A stretch of 59,969 nt of DNA, filler included, from Sphacelaria rigidula (Eukaryota): NCBI GenBank assembly GCA_964200075.2. It is 4 parts of 4 records of this genome, joined end to end, with 100 filler letters (N's around TTAATTAATTAA, not from the genome) between each part and the next. Parts side by side here need not be neighbours in the genome. Positions count along the whole stretch, not along the records: positions 45,057 to 59,969 come from CAXNAA020001991.1; 3 more parts are not named here. The stretch is one strand, 5' to 3'. The translations under genes were made by a program, and so were the position numbers. Below the pieces are notes generated by a model. The model was not told the origin of the DNA. It made no database searches and saw only the letters and a list, made by a program, of their open reading frames with translations. Positions 50,448 to 59,969 of the stretch are shown here, one piece after another (position 1 is the stretch's first letter; the number at the start of each line of letters is the position of its first letter).

Positions 50448-52174
50448 CACACCCTGGACGATACAATATGTTTTCAATACTGTATATATTAGTCGATCAT
50501 ACTGGAATTTTACGATTTATTGCCGGCGTAATATATATTGGTACGCTTGGACTGCACACGTGTTGCGCGCCCAATATATATTGATGTCATAAAACTGCAT
50601 ACATCTTGCCCGCCCAATATATATGTACACACGCATATATATATATATATATATTGGTACCGTGGGGTTGAGCACATATTGTCCCATCAATATATATTTG
50701 GGCAGTGTGAGCGACGGCATGTTGCACGACCAATATATATTAGGGTCGCATTGGTGAGAACATATTGACCGGTCAATATATATTGGGTCTGCGTGGGTGC
50801 CAATGTACTGGCCGGTCAATATAAATCGGACATTATTAAGTATGGTGTCAATTCGAAGAAAGATCAGACGCGGTGGATGCCGGAGCCCGTGCAGATTGGG
50901 AATAGCTTTGAAGGGGGGCGCAGAAAAACGCATGCATCGCTACGAAGAGTTGTCAATTCGTTTGATGTATATATATATATATATATACATATACATACTG
51001 GTCAGAAAATATGGTGGAAGAAGAAGCGGCACGGTATATATGCCTTCTGATACCTATCTGGCCACCGGTACGGGGCCGCCTATACGCTTCACGGCACGTA
51101 ATATATCTTCGGTAAACATCACGACGACAGAAAACGCGGGTCGATCTGTGTCTTTTGGTACCCCTGCGGTCACCGGTTCTGTGTTGCCTATACCCTGGCC
51201 AAACAATATGTTCCAATAGCATGCCGATACTTCGTATTAGAGACAGCGCAAATATTGTCCTTTCAATATACATTGTGTTAAAATGTCCTCGGAGACATTA
51301 AACCAATAACATGTATTTCTCGTGTCATGATCGTGAAGTAATGCATGACGATATATATATATATATATATATATATTGGACGTGCATTTGCTCCGGGAAC
51401 AACACGTTCAATATATATTTATATATATATATATTGTGCATCCCGACCGTGTATGTATTGAAGTGTCTATGTATCTAGTCGAAGCGATGCGCAAGATATT
51501 GTTGCCATAATATATATATTGAACGCAAACCATGCAGCAGTATCGTTTTCCCAATATATATTGCGCACGCTCATAGCATAGCAATTGTGCAGCCAATATA
51601 TATTGAACACGCTCGCGGAGGAATATATTAAGCGTTTTTGGCATGTGGTGATATATCTTTAAATGGCGCCCGCGAACATAGAACTGCCCACCATACGAAT
51701 TCGAATACATTTTCCAATTTACGTGTTGGAAATCAATATATATGCAGTGCCACACCAATTTGTACTGTGACCGTCCGTTCCCTCGTGTATTGTCCGCCCA
51801 ATATATATCAGACGCATTGACGTACGACGTATTGGGGCGGCATTATGTATTGGCACTACTTCAGGTGTCGAGTATATTGAATCGTCGATATATATCGACC
51901 TCGTGTGGCAGTGAGTGTATTACTTGACAAATATATATTGGCGTCTTACCTCACCAACATATTACTCGCCCAATATGTGTTGAGGTGGCGCGTGTCGTGA
52001 TATGTTGTTCGGTCGATATATATTGCATGTCGCGAGACTTGACATATTGATCGCAGAATATATATTGACCCTCTCTCGTGCCATCATACTGCTCGCCCAA
52101 TATATATTGACCACCCGACGCGTCCACGTATCGAGCGGGCAATAAATATTGAATATTGTATCGCCCAGGGTGTG
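50448..52174. mobile_element. 1727-bp non-autonomous DNA transposon, CACACCCTGG family
   Basis: TIR CACACCCTGG(A/G)CGATACAATAT with 21/22 identity; perfect 8-bp TSD aagaagac; CAATATATATTG palindromes every 42-43 bp. Confidence 0.93.
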
Positions 52175-53585
52175 AAGAAGACCTATGATGGCTGTAGGCC
52201 CTTCATGGCTTGATCGAGAGACGCTTGCATCATCGTAAATCTAGCCGAGTTCAAAGAGGCAAGTGTTGTTGACGTTACTTCTGCTGTTGGTCGCGTCAGT
52301 GACTTTTGTGAGGATTTCAACCTGTTGCATGAATGAGTCCCGGCGGTGTGCTGAAGCTTGCATCACAGCTAATACGCTTGTTCTGATCTCGTTTCCAACC
52401 CATATACCTATATACATATATATGTACATACGTATTTGTTCGGTATTGACAGGTCGACTTAGCGCTGGAAGCGCAAGGCATATAAAACCGGAGGAGGTGG
52501 TAGCTTACAAAGAAAGTCACTGGACGTTTTTAATGCGGAACTGCCGGTGGTTGGTGCCGAACCGGGAACGTTTGACGTAGCGTTTCGATTCAGTGATCGA
52601 TCATTTCCGGGAGGTGATCGACACGAAATTTAGAGAACCTCTCCTCCGGCCAAAAGCAATCGAGGCCATGAACCTCCTCCGCAACCAAATCGAAGCTGGC
52701 TGCCTCAGCGACCCTCACGGGGTGCCGCTGTACTACGCAACAGGCGAAAGCGCAGCGGGGATCACTACGCGTCGCTGTGTCGGGGGTACCAATAGCACTG
52801 AGTTTAGGTTCATGTCCAAGACATTCACGTAGATCAAAGCAACAGGCCATCCTACTGCCACTAAAATGCATAGTTTCTATGTTGGTCGTGTCGCGTTTGG
52901 CGGTGAAAAATACTTTTGTAGCATGGACCTGATAAGTGGACTTGTGTTTTTCGTTTCCTGTACATGCTTGCTCGTGAAAGGGTTGTCATCGTTATCTTCG
53001 CAAGTTACTATTAGCGTATTGCGCATCTCCCTCGCTGGCTCACTCCATGCTCCTTGAGTCCAACCACTGCTGTAATATCAAGATGGCTGTGAAGAACCGC
53101 GACGTACTGAAGGATGTTGAGAGATGTATCGACCAGTTCGATATTGAGATAAATATGCGCGAGACGTCCACTTGGTACCCGGACAGCCCCACATGTTTTC
53201 CGAGCGGGCCTCTGCACTTTATGCGGCAGGCACAGGTGAGAGGATTGGCCTCTCGAAGAGCATCCGGGATGGTGCGGCTGGCAGCGTACTAGCATATTTC
53301 CTTGGTGACCAACGGATGGTCGAGGACGTCGTGCCCCTGCCGACGCTCACGCACTCTGCGAAGCAATACGCACACATGATGTATGTTGGAATGCCTGAAA
53401 TACCCGTGCGCCGTGCAGTCGGGGGAAAGAAGTTCAAGACTGAGCTAAACGCGACCTTTTTCATTCAGGCGATGGGATGAGGAGACTCCCGCAGCACCAG
53501 AGTATCAACTTCGATAAGTGAGCAGTTCGTGTGTTGTGTGCTGTAGTCTCATTTATTATGGACGCTGGACTACACCGTTCGGCAT

Positions 53586-53878
53586 ATGTGGGCGCACCAG
53601 CCGTGGTCACACAGGAGGAAGGCCAACACAGGAGTTTTTCATTTATTGTTTTGTTTTAGTTCTCCATCTCCCTTCTGCGGTGCTTGCCATTATTTTTCGC
53701 GGGAGGAGTTCAGCAGTCCCTTTCCCTCGTCGACCATGAAGTCGAGTTTTGTGTCCCCACGACAAAGTCGCTCTCCACTGTTGGACATGGTGTGAGAAAA
53801 AATCACGGATCGCTCCGAAATTCGAACCCACGACCCAGCAGTTGGAAGGTTTCGAGGTCACCAACTGAGCCACCGGGG
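53586..53878 (-). mobile_element. tRNA-derived SINE family 1
   Basis: Aligns to 4725-5042 from end to end. Confidence 0.8.
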
Positions 53879-55569
53879 AGACCGCCCAGTAGAGTGGAAT
53901 AATCACTGTGAATCGATCGTGTCTGGCCGGGCGGAGTGGGAAGTCATCTATCAGAAAACCTCCAAACAACTCTAGTTGTACTACGAACAACTTGGGCAAG
54001 ACGCCAGTGTACGATGTAAACTATTCGTCGAACGCATGCTAAATTGCGGAGTACTGTACCGGAACCTGGCCGGAAGGGGGCGTTTGCTGGTTTAGTCGGT
54101 AGCGTAGCACCCGCTGCTTTTCCGCGGAGTCATTCTGAGGCAGGCATTGACGGTGGTGGGGAAGGGGGTGCCGTAGGCGGTGCAGGCCTATCGGCTGGGA
54201 ACGATGTAGTGATGGGCAATGTTGGGAGTGGCGGGGATACAGAGATTAACTCCGAACTCTCGCCCAAGAAGTCCAAGGGCCCACCTCGAGCCCCACAACA
54301 GTGCCGTACGTGTGGCAACCGCACACAACGCGGCGGTTACAAGCAATTGCAAGCTACACCGCGAGGAAAAGGGGCGATGCTGCAATGCAATGTACAGCTA
54401 CAAAAGCGTCGCTCTGGATCCTGTAGATATGGGAAATGGAGATGCCGTGGGAGAGAACGGGCGTGGTCTCGCTTTGATTGTGAAAAATGCACAACAGATG
54501 ACTCCTGATTGTTGTGAAATATTCAGGCTCGTGTTTAAGTGGTACATTGGGTCTCTGGTGCACTGAAAATAATAAAGCAGCAATCGCTGTCAGAAGCGAA
54601 AGAAGTGCTTAGACCGCTTCGTCTTGTTCCAATGTTTGATTGGTTGACGTAAAACTGCTGCGTGTTACGTACTTTTGCCGCGCCAGTTTCCTAGCTTACC
54701 TGCTTACACCGACTTTGTCGAAACCGCCGGGTCATCGTGCAAAGAACCATGTCCCAAACGCACAAAACTGGGTGGAAATGGAAATTAATCTCGAAGGGAA
54801 ACATCAAAGTTTGTCAAATTATCGGCTCAGGTCGCATGCAACGGTGGGAGACACAAGTCCCTCAATATATCTTTTGAAAACGTTTTTCTACAGGGAAAAA
54901 ATATTCCGCGCTTCGCGCGAATAATTTACTTCATTACAAAATCATCCCCATATATGGGGTCTGTGCCGTTTTATCTGTTCAGCTAGCCTCTACATTACCT
55001 TCTATTTCTCGTATTTCTGCGCCCCTTCGTTGTGCTCAGACTCCAATTTTTGTGGGGACGTTGTTTTTTGTTTGGCCATTGGGTCCTCATTGTTCTTGTA
55101 TTTTCGGCCATAATTTTCTGGGCATTCTGGTTTACTTCTCTTCGCCTCTAATCTCCGGCGCTTGCTGAGCGGCTTTTTTTCAAATTCCAGCACAAAACTG
55201 AGGAAAGAGGGGAGAGACGTGGAAGTAACATCAGGGGGGAAACACCTTCCCTATATTGAGAAAGAAGAACAAAGAGCAGAGGGCAGGGTCTGGCCCCGCA
55301 GAAATGGGCTCAGAAAACAAAAGTACTTGAAAAAAAGGTCCCGGGGGGGGGGGAATTGGAAATATAAAAAAAACAAATGCGACGAAAAAAAACTTTTCTA
55401 GGCCCCAATTAATATGTGTGGGCTTTCGGGACTGAAAAACCGACGGAGCAAACACCTGCTGAATTCGAAGTTTTCCGCCAATAATCGGTCAACATTTGAC
55501 CGCCGCCTTTTGCCATCTCTTCAGGTCGCGAACGGGCGAACAATGCAAATGCACATCCCGGTCATGTTG

Positions 55570-55830
55570 AAATGATAGGAGCGCCAGCGTCCCCGATCAC
55601 TACCTCTGGTCCTTTATGGGATGCAATGATAGGACACTGCGTATGGCCCTCGATAGGATGCAAGGGTAGGAGCGCGAGCGTCCCCCGACACTATCGGTGG
55701 TCTTGCGGCCCTGTGGTCCTGTGATCCTGTGATCCTCCTTGGGATGCAAGGGTAGGAGCCCTAGCATCGCCGGACACTGTGTCTGCTCCTTGTTTGGATG
55801 CAAGGGTCAGGAACAAGCCGCGAGTTCCCG
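55570..55830. repeat. Short degenerate repeats with core ggatgcaagggtaggagc
   Basis: About four copies, at 55619, 55656, 55742 and 55796. Confidence 0.7.
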
Positions 55831-56349
55831 CGGGCACTGTCTGTGGCCCTTAGGCGGGCAAAAGGGGGCGGAACGGCGGGCGAAAGGGGGCCGAACGGCG
55901 CGCCGGTGGCCAGGGCGTGGTGAGTGACGGAAAATTCTCGAAGTTGTTCATTGGGAGATCGTCGCTGTCGACGGCGGGAGTCTGGGGTCTCTCTGCTCCG
56001 GACGGCATGATGTACGCACACGTCTTTCAGATCATCGCAGAGAGCCCAGAAGACGCCGCGGATATTTCGTGGCGCCTACTGGTGGTGAGCCATTGCGCTG
56101 TGATCAAACGCGTGACTCCTTTAGGAAATATAAATATCTCTCTTTTAAAAAACACGAGGCAGGAATTGAAAATCACGTCGCACCCCAGCATGTCGACTCC
56201 CTTGTGTGTTTGTCGTTGATGTTTCCGTGCCCTCCACACCACTTACGTTCCCCGATATGATGAGTATTTGTGCAGTCCCGATTCTCGCGAGTATTTTAGT
56301 TTCTCGTCGCGTGGGTATCTTCGCAAGTTCTTATTTCGTGCGTAGTCTG

Positions 56350-56670
56350 CACACCCTGTGTAATTACAATAGTGGATAGTTGTTTCTCAAACAAGTAACT
56401 GTTCACACAAACTCTAAAACCGTCACAGCAACTAGTTGTTGCCAAATAGCTAACTGTTCACAATCGTGCGCAGCTATTTTTAGGGGAGGTTTGTTCAGAA
56501 AGAAGCAAACAGTCGTTTATTGCAAACATCGAATTGGCCAAAGAGGCGTCTATTAGTTCAGCCGCTCTTTTAGGCTCACGGAGGAACAGTCAAATAGTCA
56601 GCCGCCTTTTCATTATTTCAGTCGCTTTTTGAGGGTCACGGAGGAACAGTTGAATAGTCAGCCCCGAGCG
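56350..56670 (+). mobile_element. Probable left end of another CACACCCTG-type element
   Basis: cacaccctgtg followed by aactgttcaca and tagtcagcc sub-repeats; no partner end found. Confidence 0.4.
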
Positions 56671-56989
56671 TTCACTTTGCGGGAAAGACCACGGATAGTC
56701 AAAATAAGGAGACGCAAATCAGCGTAGGTTGGAGACACAAAAGGTGGACAGAGAGAGCATAGAAGGAGTTGGGTCAGTTCGACAGGGGCCAACAAGTCTT
56801 ATCGATTAGGTGTAAAGGAGGCGGGGCTGCGCAGGGGGCCAGCTTCCGGGCGTGGCGCGAGGGCATCTACGCGCTTGAAAAGGCGGAAGGAGGCGGGGCT
56901 GCGCACTGGGCCAGCTTCCTGGCGTGGTGCTATCACATATACCGGTATGTCTGGTCACTGTGGTATATCTGTGCGCACTGTGAAACAGG

Positions 56990-58750
56990 CTGCCAGCTAT
57001 CGGGAAGCAGCTACTGTCGAAAGTAAAGTTGCACGACTTTCTGGCTCCATCGCAGACATCTGTGTATTGCCGTTCCTGGGCCATCCCAGAGCTGTCGAGT
57101 TTGGTCGAAGTGCAGAAAACCTACACTCATGCTAAATATTTCTCGCTCAATCGCACACAGGCGTGTATTGCCGTTTCTGGGCCATCCCGGAGGTGTCGAG
57201 GTTTGTCGAAGTGCAGAAATCTATGCTCGTGCAAGGGGAAGCAACTACTTTCGGAAGTAAAGCTGCACGGTTTGATGGCTCAATCGCACACGTCTGTGCA
57301 TTGCCGATTCCGGATCATCCCGGAGCTGTCGAGGTTGTTCGAAGCGCAGAAAACCTACTCTCATGTTGAATGTTTTCTGACTCACTCACACACTGGTGTG
57401 TGTATTGCCGCTCTGGGCCATCCCGGAGTTGTCGAGTTTTATCGAAGTGCAGAAACCTATGCTCGTGCTGAACCAATATCTCCAGGACATCCGAGAGGTT
57501 GACGTCTGATCAGTTCGCGTTGCACACGTCAATAGCGTGTCTGCACATACGCTACTCGACCCGGGCTGCCGATTTCGGGTTGCAGCAATACAATGAGCTC
57601 CAACACATTTCGACAGGCTTGTTACTCAATTGCACGTGTGGTTGCCGTTTCGATTACCTATCGGAGCTGTCGAGTCGTCGTCGAAGTGCAGAAGCCTGTG
57701 TGGCGAAAAAACAAAATATATGCTGAACCATCCTCTCACGGAATTTCGTGGGAGGTTGCCGTCTGGTCAGCAGCGTTGCACATATGCACGCTCCTTGACC
57801 GGGCTGTCGGGAATTTCCGAGTTGCAGCAAGCAGAAAGCCCCAAAATTCAGCAGGCTTCTGGCTCGATTGTCATGTGCAATTGCCGTTTCGATTGTATAC
57901 CGGAACTGTTGAGTCATCTTCGAAGTGCAGAAGTCTGCGGGCCAAATGCCTATGCTGAACCAACCTCCTACGGAAATCCACGGGAGGTTGCCCCCTGGTC
58001 AATTAGCGGATGGTGCAAACGCTTCTTGATTCAGAGTGCCGAAATACTTCGGGAGGCATCATATGTATATATGTATATATATATCAGTTAAAACTTTGAA
58101 TCAATCGTACCCAGAGGTGGTCGCCGTTGCGATTGTAGTGCAACTGTCGAGTTCTGTTTTTCTTACAAGTACAGAAGCCTACGAACGCCGCTGAATCAAC
58201 ATCATACGCTGTTGCCGTTTCATCCCGGATGTTCGATTACTTACCGGCGCTGTCAGTCGTCTTCGAAGTGCAGAAACCTGTGTAAAAGCATATATATATA
58301 TATGCTGACATCTATATCTATATATATGCTGGTCCAAATCTCTCACGGAAATCCACGGGAGGTTGCCGTCTAGTCAGTAGCGGTGCACGTGTTTTCGCTC
58401 CGTGGCCCGGGCTGACGAAAACTTTTCGAGTTGCAGCAAACAATATGTTCAATGTGTGTATATATATCTATATATCAGCACGTTTTCTGCCTCACCTGCC
58501 CTGTGTACTAGCCGCTTCCATTGTATATCGATCCCACGGATATCCACGGGGAGTTGCCCTCTAGTCAATCAGCGGATGGTCAAGACGCTTCTTGATCCAG
58601 AGTGCCGAAAGACGTCGGGAATCAGCCAAATAGATATCAGTCGAAACTTTGACTGTCTATGGGAACGGTCGAGTATAATTTTCTTCGACGTACAAAAGCC
58701 TACGTACGCCGCTAAATCAACATCATAGGATGTTGCCGTTTTCATTATGG
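56990..58750. repeat. Degenerate satellite-like array (~100-120-bp units grading into longer units)
   Basis: tgtattgccgtt..ccatcccggagctgtcgag..tcgaagtgcagaaacct recurs at ~57060, 57165, 57300, 57400, 57640, 57880 and 58240. Confidence 0.85.
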
Positions 58751-59204
58751 ACGCTTGGTGTGTCCGCGATGTAGAGCGTGTGTGTGATCGTCGGTCAAAT
58801 ATCGAATCCGTCGGCACAAGTGTTCTCTGTTTTATACATAATATATATATGTATATATTTTCCCGCGGGGGAGGGCATGACGGAAATGGCGTGATCGGCA
58901 AAAAGCCATCGATCCAAACGCCGGCGAGCGAAAAACACACACACACACACACACACACACAACAATGACACATCTCGACAGCTGATGCCTCCAGCTTGCG
59001 ATAGGAAAACGAGTCTTGTCTACGGGGCTACTGTCCAAACTATCCACGAAAGTTTGACGATGCGTTTCCAACTCGGCGTGATGCTCGCATGTGTTTGAAA
59101 CCCGAACACCAGTGGCCGCCGCTCGTTGATATTCGTCGCTAAACTTTTGTTTATCCCATATTGACCCATATCCGCATGACCGCCTTATTGTTTCTCTACA
59201 TTAG

Positions 59205-59966
59205 ATGCCTGCGGCGACGAGGTCATCGACTGAGGGCATTCCACGGAGGCATGGCCGCGGGGGCGCCCGTACTATATGGCGCGCGCCCGGTAGATCGGGG
59301 TCGGGGCGTGCACCACCCAGGGCGCGGTCGGCCGCACCTCTACGCGAGGGCGCTGCGTTGTTGCGGGCACACTGCCGCAAATGGCCTGCCAAGATGTTGG
59401 AACCGGAGGTATGCGCCATGATGGAGTCCCTCGTTGATGATGACCTGGGTCGGTGGTCTTCGAGCCTGTTTACTAGCGCCGTCGTATTCCAGCGGCAGCA
59501 CCCAACGCCTCCAAATATCGAGGACATGCCTCCGGTGGTGACGCCGCAGTGGACGTTCCTGCGCAACTTTATTGATAGCGGGGGACTTCGGGGCATCCGC
59601 ATCCGCACCTCTTCCCTACTGTCGCCGACCAAGCGTTCCCGCTCCGGAAATAACCAAATTCGTGACCGACACCGCTTCGTGGAGGCGAAGGAAGGAGTAT
59701 GCTGTCGCCGGAACTGCCCATGGGAGCACAACAAGAAAGCAAACCGTCGATCCAGCAACGGGGGCGACGGTCCTCGAGCTAGCGGCGGGGGAGGCGGCGG
59801 CGGTGGCAATGGTCGCGTCGATGGCATTGGTCGCGCCGGTGGCGGCGGCTTGGAGACCGGGGGAACCAACAACCGCCGCAGCAACCAGAGCGCCGGGGGC
59901 GGCACTGGTGGACGCGGTAATGGCGGTGGGGGCGGGGGCGGCGGCGGTGGTGGGGGCCGCAACTAG
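59205..59966 (+). CDS. Possible exon or ORF with a degenerate CCCH zinc finger and Gly-rich tail (retroelement gag-like, or last exon of a gene)
   Basis: Open for 253 codons after a ttctctacattag acceptor-like site; HRFVEAKEGVCCRRNCPWEH lacks the first Cys. Confidence 0.4.
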   Translation: MPAATRSSTEGIPRRHGRGGARTIWRAPGRSGSGRAPPRARSAAPLREGAALLRAHCRKWPAKMLEPEVCAMMESLVDDDLGRWSSSLFTSAVVFQRQHPTPPNIEDMPPVVTPQWTFLRNFIDSGGLRGIRIRTSSLLSPTKRSRSGNNQIRDRHRFVEAKEGVCCRRNCPWEHNKKANRRSSNGGDGPRASGGGGGGGGNGRVDGIGRAGGGGLETGGTNNRRSNQSAGGGTGGRGNGGGGGGGGGGGGRN

Positions 59967-59969
59967 GGG

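Larger units (their letters stand above)
48440..54510 (+). pseudogene. Intron-containing ISL3/MULE-like (DUF6729-type) DDE transposase with an embedded WRN-type DEDDy 3'-5' exonuclease; decayed
   Basis: DECGEDRELL; exonuclease VLGFDCQWEP..VSTVQLS / VGV..LKRDYG..SLAGMV..IRFSRWS..L / YACLDAYA; VRLNTFH (DxxH site); F..RDAC; NCRWLVP..PLL..GCLSDPHGVPLYY..RRCVGGTNSTE; SPSLAHSMLLE..NR; TGERIG; C-terminal CRTCG. Contains stops, frameshifts and two TE insertions. Confidence 0.78.

Noticed and set aside
50570-52152. CRISPR-like palindrome array
   Set aside because: The 12-bp motifs are degenerate and form the symmetric subterminal arms of a transposon.
1-59969. Endogenous giant-virus genes, Fanzor/TnpB, Polinton or prokaryotic defence systems
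   Set aside because: No long intronless ORFs and no RuvC, capsid or polB motifs were seen.

Overview
Eukaryotic, repeat-rich genomic DNA. The intron style and TE families point to a brown alga (Phaeophyceae); this is inference, not proof. The window is not contiguous: it joins four unrelated ~14.9-kb contigs (1-14920, 15021-29940, 30041-44956, 45057-59969) with 100-bp N/TTAATTAATTAA spacers. The only clear host gene is the 3' part of a BRWD/PHIP-like chromatin reader on the + strand (3729-11783; 9 phase-compatible exons, 957 aa; Tudor-like region, two bromodomains, an AT-hook and an acidic tract). The rest is mostly nested mobile elements: two LINE families, Gypsy and possible Copia relics, two tRNA-headed SINE families, hAT-like MITEs (8-bp TSD), Sola-like MITEs (GAG ends, 4-bp TSD) and a possible Zator-like relic. 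Three signals stand out. (1) A decayed, intron-containing ISL3/MULE-like (DUF6729-type) DDE transposase with a WRN-type 3'-5' exonuclease embedded in its catalytic region (~48440-54510). (2) A family of non-autonomous elements with CACACCCTGG termini, 8-bp TSDs and palindromic motifs on a shared 42-43-bp lattice; one copy sits inside that transposase. (3) A 200-nt, highly structured, poly(A)-tailed insert inside a LINE RT. All family assignments come from by-eye motif recognition; no database searches were run.
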